This document shows positions 49,896-60,095 of a stretch of DNA of 64,000 nucleotides, one piece after another (position 1 is the first letter of the stretch; every line of letters starts with the position of its first letter). The translations under genes and the position numbers were made by a program. Source of the stretch: Candidatus Poriferihabitaceae bacterium (GTDB lineage Bacteria > Pseudomonadota > Gammaproteobacteria > Arenicellales > Poriferihabitantaceae); assembly GCA_965237485.1 (NCBI GenBank), contig CBDEFQ010000009.1:1241778-1305777 (forward strand), in the 5' to 3' direction. The notes below the pieces were generated by a model. That model searched no databases, was not told the origin of the DNA, and saw only the letters and a program-made list of their open reading frames with translations.

Positions 49896-50093
49896 GAAGT
49901 TACGAGCGGACGAGCAAATTCATACTAAAGTGTAGCTGGACAGTGGTGCCGCGTTCGCTAGCCTTATCGAATATGAGGAGCTGTGTAAGACCCCCAATCC
50001 CGATGCGGATCCCGCGAAGGATGATTTCTTATTGCTGGTCATTCCCGCTATAATATCCGCTGCTTGCAAAGCCCGAGAAGGCACATCAAAACC

Positions 50094-50447
50094 ATGCAAT
50101 TAAAACCTATCCTATTAGTGGCGCTCGCTAGCTTGCTGTTAAGTGCTTGTACCCAAGAAACCCAAAACAAGTTCGGTCGTGCTGTTCAAAACTGGACGGG
50201 CACCGATGGAGTACTTGAGGTCTACGCCGGTGACAAGCTGGTCAAACGGTTTATGGGTGTTGATAAACTTTCTACCGCAGTAAGCACCAACGGCAATCAG
50301 CCACGGCCTTATCGCTTCGGTTATGGGGTACTCGACGAAAACTTGAACTCCAAACAAGATGCAAATGAGCAAAAAGTGTATTTTGAGTTCTCTGACTACT
50401 CAACCAGTTATATTTTCTACGAAAAACCGAAATCATCTACTGACTGA
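50094..50447 (+). CDS. small lipoprotein, unknown function
   Basis: Lipobox LLSAC. Duplicate of 37536-37889. Confidence 0.6.
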   Translation: MQLKPILLVALASLLLSACTQETQNKFGRAVQNWTGTDGVLEVYAGDKLVKRFMGVDKLSTAVSTNGNQPRPYRFGYGVLDENLNSKQDANEQKVYFEFSDYSTSYIFYEKPKSSTD

Positions 50448-50582
50448 TTTGTTGGTTAGCAAACGGCTAGCCCTTGTGTACCCCGCTTCTTCGGCCTCGC
50501 CAAAGTAATAGATGAGTTGTGATTTCTTGTTACAATTTAGCCCACTCTACTAAAGGCCTTAGACGCACCTACCCTAAAAACC

Positions 50583-51923
50583 ATGTTAGCCCTAATCCGT
50601 TCCGTACTAAGATTTGGTCTTCCCATCTTAGTGCTTGGCCTATTCTTATTTGCTGGTAAGCAACTTCTGGATACGGCACCAGATCAACAGCGGCGCCCCA
50701 AAACTGCCAATCCACCCATGGTAGAGGTTCTGAACTTAGCGCCGCAAAGCTATCAAGTTCGATTAAAAAGCCATGGGCTAGTACAAGCGACCAAACAAAG
50801 CACGATTTCTGCCGAAGTTAAGGGGCGCGTCATCAAATTATCACCCAAGCTTCACGTTGGCGGGCTATTCAAAAAGGATGAAGTGTTAGTTGAAATTGAC
50901 GATTCCGATCTTCAGCAAAAATTGATTATTGTTAAAGCTGAGCTAGCCCAAGCCCAAGCCCAACTGACATTAGAACAAGGTGATGCTGAGCGCGACCAGG
51001 TGTTACGTGACCGCGCACTGTTAGGATTAAGTGGAGAACCCAGCAAACTGGCATTACGGGAACCGCAACGAAAAAGCAATGAAGCCGCCTTGGCTGCGGC
51101 GAAAGCGCGCGTTGCTCAAGCGAGAACCCAACTGACACGAACTAAAATAAATGCCCCATTTGACAGTCGCATTATCACCAAGCAGGTAAGTATAAATCAG
51201 TTTGTAAATGCCGGAACAACGCTTTTAGAATTAGTCGCAACGGATAAGATTGAGGTGCGCCTACCCCTTACTGCTAAGCAGCTGTCCTTCCTCAATCTTG
51301 AGGCACTATCTAATGAAGCGGGGCCGAATGTCGCCATTGAGGGTAGTGAAAAAAAACCAACTTCTGTACGCAGAGGGACATTAGTGCGTAGCGAAGGCAT
51401 AGTAAATGCACAAAGCTTACAGCAGTATGTGGTGGCTGAAGTGGCACAGCCCTTTGTAAAAAGCGCTGATGGTGGGCAAGCGCTCACATTGGGTCAATTT
51501 GTAAGTGCTCAAATTGATGCTACCGTGTTAAATGATGTTTGGGTCATCCCGCGCAACTCCACTAAAAATAATACTCACATTCAACTTGTTTCAAAGGACA
51601 ACAAACTAATTCATAAACAAATTACCCTGCTATGGGCCGATGCGGAGAATGTTGTTATCCGAGATGGAATTGAAGTTGGTCAGCGGCTAATTAAAACTCC
51701 AATTGCTTTAGCCGCAGAAGGAATAAACGTATCAATAGCAGGAGAATCACCAAAAGGCGAAGCTAACGAATCTGGAAATAATCTAAGCCAGAAGTTTAAA
51801 GCTCTGACTAAAGAACTAGCATTAGAAAAGTGCCAAGCTTTTAAGGCTTTACCAGAACATAAGAAAATGGAAGTTTTGAATTTGCCTGCCGACAAACAAC
51901 GTGCGTTCTTTGAAACACTTTAA
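50583..51923 (+). CDS. RND efflux periplasmic adaptor (membrane fusion protein)
   Basis: Identical 446-aa duplicate of 36060-37400. Confidence 0.8.
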   Translation: MLALIRSVLRFGLPILVLGLFLFAGKQLLDTAPDQQRRPKTANPPMVEVLNLAPQSYQVRLKSHGLVQATKQSTISAEVKGRVIKLSPKLHVGGLFKKDEVLVEIDDSDLQQKLIIVKAELAQAQAQLTLEQGDAERDQVLRDRALLGLSGEPSKLALREPQRKSNEAALAAAKARVAQARTQLTRTKINAPFDSRIITKQVSINQFVNAGTTLLELVATDKIEVRLPLTAKQLSFLNLEALSNEAGPNVAIEGSEKKPTSVRRGTLVRSEGIVNAQSLQQYVVAEVAQPFVKSADGGQALTLGQFVSAQIDATVLNDVWVIPRNSTKNNTHIQLVSKDNKLIHKQITLLWADAENVVIRDGIEVGQRLIKTPIALAAEGINVSIAGESPKGEANESGNNLSQKFKALTKELALEKCQAFKALPEHKKMEVLNLPADKQRAFFETL

Positions 51924-51958
51924 ACCTTGCTAATGTCAAATCAGCCACAGAATCTAAG

Positions 51959-52865
51959 ATGATAGCGTGGTTTGCCCGTAACGGCGTTGCTGCTAACTTG
52001 TTATTGCTGGTTATTCTTGCCATTGGTGGGTGGTCGCTTAAGGAACGTATCCCCCTTGAAGTATTCCCAGCTTTGAACACGACATCATCAACGTCGCCAT
52101 TATTTATCAAGGCACCAGTCCTACCGAAGTTGAACAAGCAGTTGTTGTACGCGCCGAAGAAGCCATCGCTGACCTCGATGGCGTTAAAAAGATTTCTTCT
52201 AGTGCTTACGAGGGTGCGGCCCGCTTAGCCATTGAAGTAGATAACGGCTTTAAGCCTCGTGAATTAGTGAACGACATAAAAAGCAGGATTGACAGTATTT
52301 CCACTTTTCCCGCAGAGGTCGAAAAAGCCAACTATTCGGTATCAGTTTTTCGCCGCGAAGTGATCAGTGTCGCTGTTTCTGGCGATCTTCCAGAATTGGA
52401 CTTACGCCAAATTAGCGAACAAGTCCGCGATGAAATTGCCGCCCTATCGCAAATTAGTTATGCCGAGTTAAACGGCATTCGCGACCACGAGATTAGCATT
52501 GAGATTGAGCCGCAGAAATTACAGCAAGCGAAGATAAGTTTAGCCGAGATTGTGAACTCGCTTAAACAGGCTTCAATCGACTTTCCTGCAGGTTCCATTA
52601 AAGGCAAGTGGCGGCGAGATTTTATTGCGCACTAGCAACTTAAGAGAATCTGCCGATTCATTCGGCAATCTTAGTTTACGCAGCGATGCCCAAGGCAATG
52701 ATTTAAAACTCAAGGATATTGCCACGGTCACGGACGGCTTTGCTCAAGACCCCCTCAACACCCATTTTAATGGCGAGCCGACTATTATTATTGAGGTCTA
52801 TCGCACGGGCAAGCAAAGTGCGATTACGGTTGCCAATGCGGTTAAAGACTACCTCGACTTAAAAC
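51959..52865 (+). pseudogene. RND efflux permease remnant (frameshifted, truncated by IS)
   Basis: Mirror of 35118-36024. The IS66-family IR starts at 52866. Confidence 0.8.
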
Positions 52866-53618
52866 GTAACTTCTCAATAACCCGTGGCAGGTAAAATAAA
52901 ACAAAATATTTCTTGACAGGGTTTTACGCTAAAAGGAAGGTAATTCAACGTGGTCGAGTGACTCGATTTAGGTTGAGTTCCAGGGTGGTTGTAGGCACCT
53001 TTACGCTAATAACAAAGATCGCTTAAGGACGTTCAGGGGTGTCTTCTTAACGTTCGTTGTGGCGCAGTTGAGAAGGCAAAATTGGACTTTCAAAACCGAT
53101 GGTACACTAAGGTCTATCCAGTTAACGGACGTTTAAGACCTTGAGTAAGCTACCCTCTATTCCCGACATTCCTGAACAAGAACAAACCCCCGCAGTAAAA
53201 ATGTTGCGGGTGCTAGTGGAGCAGCTGTTGGTGCGAGTTCAACAACAGGACGAAGAAATAGCATTGCTTAAAGATGAAATCAATATCCTTAAGGGGCAGA
53301 AGAGGCGGCCTACTGTTAAGGGCGGTAATATGGATAAGAAAACAGAGCCAAAACGTTCATCTTCTAGCGACAAACCTAAGCAGCGAGCTGGGTCGAACAA
53401 GGCAAAGAAAACACCAAGGCTGTCAATTGACCTAAATCGGGTTATTGAACCAGCGAAGTCCGTGCCCGAAGGTTCTCGCTTTAAAGGCTATCGGGATTTT
53501 GTAGTGCAAGATTTGCTTATCAAGGTTCATACCACCCGCTATCGTTTAGCGCATTGGGTAACGCCAGACAATAAAAAGCTCAAAGGCCAGTGACCGACAT
53601 CCGTGGCAGGGCGACATT

Positions 53619-54692
53619 ATGGGCCTCGTCTGGTCAGTTATATTCTGGGCTTGTCGGATAATTAATAGAATACGTGAGATAATATGGGCTGATTCTAGTC
53701 AGCCTGCAATTTTGAGCAAACGTCATCAAAGCCAACTGTTCCTAACCTTAGATTCTCTGGTTAGCTCTGAACATCCCTACCGTAAACTCGATGAGCTATT
53801 ATGTTTTGGTGCATTGAGTAAACCCTTCTCTAAAATATATGCCACCCGTGGCCCTAAAGGCCGAGGTGTTGAGTTCGGCTTACGTGCCTTGGTGCTTCAG
53901 TTCATGGAAGATTTAAGTGATAGAGAAATGGAGCGATACTTATCAGAGAATCTGGCCGCTAAGTGGTTTTGTGATTCAGGACTGGAACAGAGCACTCCTG
54001 ATCATAGTTACTTTGGTGATTTTCGCTCACGCATTGGAACCAGGGGTATGATGAATTTATTTGACCGTGTTCGGAGCGGGTTAGTTTCAATGGGCTTAGT
54101 ACGAGAAGTATTCACATTTGTCGATGCCAGCCAGTTGGTCAGTAAGCTAACCACTTGGGATGATAGAGATAAGGCGATAAAGATGGGATTAGAGGAGTTC
54201 AACAATAAGACAGTTGATAAAGTTGCGGCGGACAAGCAAGCACGGTTTGGGTGCAAGGGAAATAGCAAATATTGGTATGGTTACAAAGAGCATGCATCAG
54301 TGGATATGCAAAGTGGCTTGATCAATAAAATAGCGGCCACCTCGGCTGAGGTAACGGATGCAAGCGGCTTGAAGCATGTTTGCCCTAAGTCGGGCGCTGT
54401 TTATGCGGACAAGGGTTATTGCGTGAGCCCGGCCAAAACCACGCTCAGGCGCAACGGTTGCCATGATGCAACAATCAAGAAGAACAATATGCATGGCAAG
54501 AATAGAGACAAAGACCGTTGGATTAGCAAAATTCGTTCACCATATGAGCGAGTGTTTGCTCATCGCAATAAGCGAGTTCGTTATAAAGGGTTGGCTAAAG
54601 TCCAGTTCCAAGTTGGAATCAGGGGCTTATGTTTTAACCTTAAGCGATTAATGGCATTGGGAGTTGAACGAGTTGAATTGGTGCCGGCCTAG
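53619..54692 (+). CDS. IS5-family DDE transposase
   Basis: Identical to 33291-34364. The ORF-track ATG is outside the IS boundary, and a likely internal TTG start lies at 53712. Confidence 0.75.
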   Translation: MGLVWSVIFWACRIINRIREIIWADSSQPAILSKRHQSQLFLTLDSLVSSEHPYRKLDELLCFGALSKPFSKIYATRGPKGRGVEFGLRALVLQFMEDLSDREMERYLSENLAAKWFCDSGLEQSTPDHSYFGDFRSRIGTRGMMNLFDRVRSGLVSMGLVREVFTFVDASQLVSKLTTWDDRDKAIKMGLEEFNNKTVDKVAADKQARFGCKGNSKYWYGYKEHASVDMQSGLINKIAATSAEVTDASGLKHVCPKSGAVYADKGYCVSPAKTTLRRNGCHDATIKKNNMHGKNRDKDRWISKIRSPYERVFAHRNKRVRYKGLAKVQFQVGIRGLCFNLKRLMALGVERVELVPA

Positions 54693-54822
54693 GGATAGAT
54701 CCGTCTATTGGTGGCAAAATGGCTGCTAATAGACGGTTTATTGCACAAAAAACGCGTTGCTGAGCAAACTAAAAGCGACTTCGGCGAAAACCCTGTTTGA
54801 AATTGTATTAACCGACGAGCCC
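53647..54822 (+). mobile_element. IS5-family insertion sequence nested in the IS66-family element
   Basis: IRs GGGCTTGTCGGATAATTAAT / ..ATTAACCGACGAGCCC, flanked by duplicated ATTCT. Confidence 0.85.
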
Positions 54823-55618
54823 ATTCTCTATCAATATCATCATTGTCAAACCACGCAACCACTCTTGTTGGAACAGTTGCGAGAGTGGGGAATTGATATT
54901 TCTTCGGGACAAATTAACCCAATACTGATCAGCACTAAAGAGCCCTTTCATGCTGAGAAAGAGGCGTTGCTCTGAGCGCATCGTCTTACGTGACCGTGGA
55001 CGATAGTGGTGCTCGCCATCAGGGCAAAAATGGCTATGTAACGCACATTGGTAATGACTTGTTTGCGTGGTTTAAAAGTACTCAATCAAAAAGTCGAATT
55101 AACTTCCTACCGCTATTAAGGGCTGGCAATACGGATTATCGTTTGAGTCAAAGTGCGTTGAATTATAGGCAACAACATGGATTGCCAAAGCAAGCCTTAG
55201 CCGCTGTAACTGAGCACCGGGAACGCCGTATTGCTAACGAGGATGACTGGCTTGAAATGCTCGATAGCCTGTTGATCATTAAGGCACGTCACCGACGTAT
55301 CACCACCGAAGGGGCATTACTTGGTAGTATTTTGCATCATGGTCTGTGTGATGACATCGTTGTCGTCAGTGATGATGCAGGGCAATTTAACATTTTGGCT
55401 CATGCCTTGTGTTGGATACACACCGAGCGCTTAATCCATAAGTTGATACCGCTGAACGAGGGACACCGGCAGGGCATGGCTAAAATACGCGACCAAGTCT
55501 GGTGCTTTTATCGGGCGTTAAAAGAGTATAAAACCCAGCCTTGCGAGAACCAACGTAAAATACTTGAGCAGCGTTTCGATGAAATCTTCACTCAACAGAC
55601 ATGCTACCAAACATTAAA

Positions 55619-55781
55619 CCTAGATAAATCAGTTAAACGCGGAAAAGACATGTAAGCAATTGAAGTGCATAGTGAAATCAAAAAAGTCGCGGTCACCTTA
55701 TTGGTGATAAGGTTTTTTTTGATTTTGCTAGGTGCATCAAGAGCTTGCATGGACTTTCGTGTTTTAACTGATTTATCTAGG
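55619..55781 (+). mobile_element. 163-bp foldback MITE, subfamily 1
   Basis: Same insertion site as 49412-49574, with intact flanks here, unlike the mirror copy at 32385-32547. Confidence 0.88.
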
Positions 55782-56176
55782 TTAAATCAGACGCTCAAAC
55801 GAATCCATGCGAATCAAGCAGAATGACTGTTGGTGCTAGATCGACCAGATATTCCGTTACACACCAATGGCAGTGAAACAGACATTCGCGATTACGTGAA
55901 AAAACGAAAAGTGAGTGGCTCCACCCGCAGCGATGCTGGCCAGCAGTGTCGGGACACGTTTGCCAGTTTGAAAAAGACCTGCCGAAAACTGGATATATCG
56001 TTCTGGCACTACCTGACCCATCGACTTGGTATCGGTGAGCAACATATTGATCCTCTGCCAGATATCATTATGGAACGCGCCAGCTTTGCCACGGGTTATT
56101 GAGAAGTTACCCTATTGATTGCTATCTATTTGATAAGATTGATGTCTCTACTATTAAAGCCCTGTCGCTGCGAATA

Positions 56177-57142
56177 ATGCTTCAGATATCCACAAAACGT
56201 ATCCACTATGGGTTTTTGGTCGTTCCTGACTTTTCGCTAATGACCTACGCATCAGCCATTGAAATGTTACGAATGGTGAATCAGGTGAATGAGAGAGTAC
56301 TCTACACATGGGACGTATTGACCCCTAATAATCAGCCTATTTTGGCCAGTTGTGGGCTTGAGATTGCACCGAGTAAGAACAAGGAAGAGATGGCCAATTA
56401 CAGTGCCTTGTTTGTGTCTGGCGGTATCAATATTCGTCGAGCTTGGAACCCTAAACTGGCAACTTGGTTAAGACAAATTGCCAAATCGCGCGTAGCATTG
56501 GCTGGGTTAAGCACAGGCCCGTATTTGCTTGCTAAGTCTGGGTTGTTGGATGGTTATCGGTCGACTGTCCATTGGGATAGTTTGTCCTCAATGCGTGAGG
56601 AATTTCCACATTTAAAACTAACTGACGATGTTTATGAAATCGACCGCGACCGATACACTTGCGCTGGCGGCGCATCGACAATGGATTTTATGTTGCACTT
56701 GATAGGTTTGGAATATGGAAAGGCAACGGCACGAAGCGTGTCAGATCTATTTTTGCTTGAACGCATTCGTACAGAGACCGATAGACAGCGCATCCCTCTA
56801 CGACATCAAATAGGTACTGGACAGCCGAAGTTGTATAGCGCGGTGGTATTGATGGAAGCCAATTTAGAAGAGCCCCTCACAACCGAAGAATTGGCAGGTT
56901 ACGTAAATATTACCCGAAGGCAGCTGGAGCGGTTATTTCGCAGACACCTTAAATGCACTCCGATGGAATACTACCGCAGTATCCGATTGGCAAACGCTCA
57001 ACGCTTATTACGTCATACAGAAATGCCAGTGCTAGAAGTCGCGATGGTATGTGGTTTTAATTCGGCGTCGCATTTTAGTCGTTGCTATAAAGAAGCACAC
57101 AATCGGACACCGGGTGCGGATAGACAGATATCGATGAACTAG
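56177..57142 (+). CDS. GlxA-family transcriptional regulator (DJ-1/PfpI-like domain + AraC HTH)
   Basis: The start is set at MLQISTKRIHYGFLVVPDF (ATG 56177), because the ORF-track start lies in the IS terminus. The C-terminal AraC HTH is LEVAMVCGFNSASHFSRCYKEAHNRTP. Confidence 0.8.
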   Translation: MLQISTKRIHYGFLVVPDFSLMTYASAIEMLRMVNQVNERVLYTWDVLTPNNQPILASCGLEIAPSKNKEEMANYSALFVSGGINIRRAWNPKLATWLRQIAKSRVALAGLSTGPYLLAKSGLLDGYRSTVHWDSLSSMREEFPHLKLTDDVYEIDRDRYTCAGGASTMDFMLHLIGLEYGKATARSVSDLFLLERIRTETDRQRIPLRHQIGTGQPKLYSAVVLMEANLEEPLTTEELAGYVNITRRQLERLFRRHLKCTPMEYYRSIRLANAQRLLRHTEMPVLEVAMVCGFNSASHFSRCYKEAHNRTPGADRQISMN

Positions 57143-57407
57143 TACTCTTTCAAGATAATATTGCCTAATTCAGTGAGTCTGTCCGCGTACCTGGCAAGGC
57201 GTCGCTTGCAGGAAATGGACTCCATTTTCAAAAGCGACAACGCAGTCCAGGTGCGTGGACAGGCTGACCCAAAGGGCACCAACGCGCCGTCCCACAGCCG
57301 CGTTGTATCGCTTTTGAAGGGAGTGACCATTCATTGCGCAATACGCCTTGCTGTGAAGCGGCGCGTTGACGCTGAATTAGGCAATATTATCTTGAAAGAC
57401 TACTGTC
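57138..57407 (+). repeat. Structured repeat copy B (candidate ncRNA or unusual non-autonomous element)
   Basis: The terminal arms pair over 57141-57173 / 57372-57404 (33 nt, 1 mismatch). The shared ACT prefix at 57138-57140 has no complementary partner in 57405-57407. Internal helices are 57180-57194/57247-57261 and 57280-57289/57359-57368. The core is homologous to copy A. Confidence 0.6.
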
Positions 57408-57415
57408 TTTAGCGG

Positions 57416-58174
57416 TTAATGCTGTAATATTTGGCTTAGAAAATCCTGTGTGCGCTCGTGTTGCGGATTCGTGAAAAAAGCCTCTGGTTCATTTTCTTCG
57501 ATAACTTTGCCCTCATCCATAAAGATAACTCGGTCTGCTACTTTTCTTGCAAACCCCATTTCATGGGTAACGCAAATCATGGTCATACCACTTTGCGCTA
57601 AGTCGACCATGGTATCCAAGACTTCAGATACCATTTCAGGATCTAGTGCAGACGTGGGTTCGTCAAACAGCATAATGCTAGGGTTCATACACAGTGCGCG
57701 TGCAATGGCGACGCGTTGCTGTTGGCCGCCAGAAAGCTGTCCGGGGTATTTATTGGCTTGTTGTGGAATCTTCACGCGCTCTAAAAACTCCATTGCCTTA
57801 GCTTCAGCCGTAGCTCTATCTTGCTTTAGTACGTATTGTGGCGCTGCGGTGCAATTTTCCAAAATTGTCATGTGCGGAAACAAATTGAAGTGCTGAAACA
57901 CCATGCCTACATCTGCACGCAGTTTTTCGACATTTTTCATTCGATCATGTACTTCGACACCTCCCACCCGGAGGATTCCTTTTTGGTGTGCTTCGAGACG
58001 ATTGATGCAGCGTATTAGTGTAGATTTTCCTGAACCAGAAGGTCCGCAGACGACGATGCGCTCGCCTTGGGTAACGGACAAATTTATGTCAGTTAGCGCG
58101 TGATACTCTCCATACCACTTATTTAAATTTACGATCTCTATGGTAGGACTAGTTGAGGCTGTGCTTGTGTTCAT
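57416..58174 (-). CDS. amino-acid ABC transporter ATP-binding protein
   Basis: It has Walker [10 protein letters not shown], signature [15 protein letters not shown] and Walker [12 protein letters not shown]. Confidence 0.9.
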   Translation of the reverse strand: MNTSTASTSPTIEIVNLNKWYGEYHALTDINLSVTQGERIVVCGPSGSGKSTLIRCINRLEAHQKGILRVGGVEVHDRMKNVEKLRADVGMVFQHFNLFPHMTILENCTAAPQYVLKQDRATAEAKAMEFLERVKIPQQANKYPGQLSGGQQQRVAIARALCMNPSIMLFDEPTSALDPEMVSEVLDTMVDLAQSGMTMICVTHEMGFARKVADRVIFMDEGKVIEENEPEAFFTNPQHERTQDFLSQILQH

Positions 58175-58178
58175 GACC

Positions 58179-59150
58179 TTATCTCACCATTGATTGTTTA
58201 TAGTGGTGTTCTATTCTCGACTGAATAATTTCTAATATGATGGAAAGTCCCCAATAGATAAGTGCTGCGGTTATTAGCATTTCCATATGATTAAATGTTT
58301 TATTGCCCAATGTTCGGGCTAAGAACATCAGCTCGATTACACCGATGGTAGAAACCAGCGTGCTGTCTTTGAGCATAGCAATAAACTGGTTGCCAGTAGG
58401 CGGAATGATGACGGGAATGGATTGCGGCAGAATAATGCGGCGCATCATTTGGCTAAAACCGAACCCAAGCGCGCGAGCGCCTTCCCATTGCCCTTGATTA
58501 ATGCTTTGGATACCTGCCCTGAAAATTTCTGTCATATACGCGCCATAGCATAATGAAAGGGCCATGATGCCAGCAGGTACGGCATCGATAACAAACCCGA
58601 GTTGGGGCATGCCTAAATAAATGAGATAAAGCTGCATAAGCAGCGGCAGACCTCGAAAAAACGAGGTGTAGAAGCTAGCAATTCCGTACGCAAAACCGTT
58701 ACTGGACAACTTGGCGACCGCACCTAAAAGAGCCAGTATCGTAGCGAGTACGATGGATATTGCAGAAATATATAAGGTGGTTGCTAATCCCTTGGATATC
58801 ATAAACCAGATTTTTTTCTGGATGAATTCCATGCTCAGGTCGAAGCTATAAAAAAAGCCTAAGAACAGAATTAATAATTCTAACCATACAATTAAAATTT
58901 GTTTCTTAAGTGATAAGAAGCTGATGGCGAATAAATTGATTGTGACAACTAACGCAACGAAAAAAGAGGTTACAAACCGCCCATAGGTGCCGCTCTCTGC
59001 AGTGGGGCCGGTTACTGGGGTTAGTAATTCACCAATAAACGTCTTGGAAAAATCAAAGTAAAAAGCGAGTGCGAAAAGGCCTACAAATAACCCCACCAAA
59101 AAAATGGGGTTATGTAAGTGCTTATCTTCGACAACAGTATCTTGATACAT
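58179..59150 (-). CDS. amino-acid ABC transporter permease (with extended N-terminal membrane region)
   Basis: 323-aa polytopic ORF with the EAA-type loop [23 protein letters not shown]. Confidence 0.85.
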   Translation of the reverse strand: MYQDTVVEDKHLHNPIFLVGLFVGLFALAFYFDFSKTFIGELLTPVTGPTAESGTYGRFVTSFFVALVVTINLFAISFLSLKKQILIVWLELLILFLGFFYSFDLSMEFIQKKIWFMISKGLATTLYISAISIVLATILALLGAVAKLSSNGFAYGIASFYTSFFRGLPLLMQLYLIYLGMPQLGFVIDAVPAGIMALSLCYGAYMTEIFRAGIQSINQGQWEGARALGFGFSQMMRRIILPQSIPVIIPPTGNQFIAMLKDSTLVSTIGVIELMFLARTLGNKTFNHMEMLITAALIYWGLSIILEIIQSRIEHHYKQSMVR

Positions 59151-59185
59151 AGTCTAATTCCTAAGCGTTGGCATGATGACAGCGT

Positions 59186-60013
59186 TTAATTAACCGACGT
59201 GTAGTCTACGCCGTACCACTTTTCTGACATCGCTTTGAGGCTACCGTCAGCGCGCATTGCAGCTACCGCATCGGCAATTTTTGCACTCAACTCATCGTCG
59301 CCTATATCAATAGCAATAGAAAGTGGCTCGTAGAACGCAGGATCGCCCAGCACCTTTATGGGGTAATTGTTCTTAATGGCTTCTAGAATGCTAGGTAAGC
59401 TAGTGATCATGCCAGAAATACGCTTGCCGTCGCCTAATCTTAAGTCGTCGAACGCGACGGTTGAAGATTCATAATTTTTTTCCTCTGAAGGCGTTACTTG
59501 AAATTCAAACGCAGGTGCGCCTTCGGCATCGATGGCTAAATCGTGTTTTAGGTATAAACTATATGTACTTGCAATTGAAGCGCCAATTACTTTGCCGTTT
59601 AAGTCGGCCAGCGAGGTTGCAGATGAATCATTATGAACCGCAAAGCTCGCTGGTGTGTAATAGTATATTGCAGGGAAAGCAAGCACGGTAGCGCGTTCTT
59701 TAGTCGGGGTCATAGAACCCACAGACATATCCCAGCGTCCATCCCAGTTACCTGCTGTAATGATATCCCAGCTAGGGGTTACAAACTCCACTTCTACGCC
59801 CATACGTTTCGCCACCTCTTTGGCGACGTCTACATCAAAGCCGTCCATTTCATTATCATCATTGAAAAATGATTGTGGTGGCCAGTTAGGATCTGTGGAC
59901 ACTTTGATTTTTCCAGCGGACATAATGCGATCTAATGCTTCTCCAGCAATGCTGCTAGAAATTGGGGCAATGATCATGGCGCTCGCGAGCAGCACTTTAG
60001 TAAGATTTTTCAT
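59186..60013 (-). CDS. amino-acid ABC transporter substrate-binding protein (family 3)
   Basis: The start is set at MKNLTKVLLASAMIIAPISSSIAGEA (ATG 60013-60011), giving a signal peptide. It is the first gene of the ABC operon. Confidence 0.8.
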   Translation of the reverse strand: MKNLTKVLLASAMIIAPISSSIAGEALDRIMSAGKIKVSTDPNWPPQSFFNDDNEMDGFDVDVAKEVAKRMGVEVEFVTPSWDIITAGNWDGRWDMSVGSMTPTKERATVLAFPAIYYYTPASFAVHNDSSATSLADLNGKVIGASIASTYSLYLKHDLAIDAEGAPAFEFQVTPSEEKNYESSTVAFDDLRLGDGKRISGMITSLPSILEAIKNNYPIKVLGDPAFYEPLSIAIDIGDDELSAKIADAVAAMRADGSLKAMSEKWYGVDYTSVN

Positions 60014-60095
60014 GTTTGTTCTCTCCAGAGATTGAGTTATTAAAAAATACAAATTGTAAGTCACGGTATACTAACAATGTTTTTAGTTGATATCC

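Larger units (their letters stand above)
47662..49903 (+). mobile_element. IS66-family element (single-ORF type), copy R1 carrying two MITEs
   Basis: 24-bp perfect terminal IRs, GTAACTTCTCAATAACCCGTGGCA at 47662 and its inverse ending at 49903. It is 2242 bp, or 1906 bp without the two 168-bp MITE+TSD inserts. No 8-bp target duplication (GGCCACCA vs GAGCGGAC). Confidence 0.88.
47662..56110. repeat. Right arm (8449 bp) of the large inverted duplication
   Basis: Reverse complement of 32056-40321. It contains two IS66-family copies in direct orientation bracketing lipoprotein, adaptor and RND remnant. Confidence 0.95.
52866..56110 (+). mobile_element. IS66-family element, degenerate copy R2 with nested IS5-family element and one MITE
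   Basis: It has the same IRs. Relative to R1 it lacks the subfamily-2 MITE, carries the IS5 insert, a 10-bp deletion (ACTAAGCGTT) and a premature stop codon (TGA at 53591-53593 in place of the TTA codon of R1). Confidence 0.85.

Noticed and set aside
32056-56110. Possibility that the inverted duplication is a fold-back or palindromic assembly artefact
   Set aside because: A fold-back chimera would be palindromic through its centre. Here the central 7.3 kb is unique, ordinary gene sequence, and the arms differ by a 183-bp deletion and at least two private substitutions. I keep it as a finding that needs long-read confirmation, not as an artefact.
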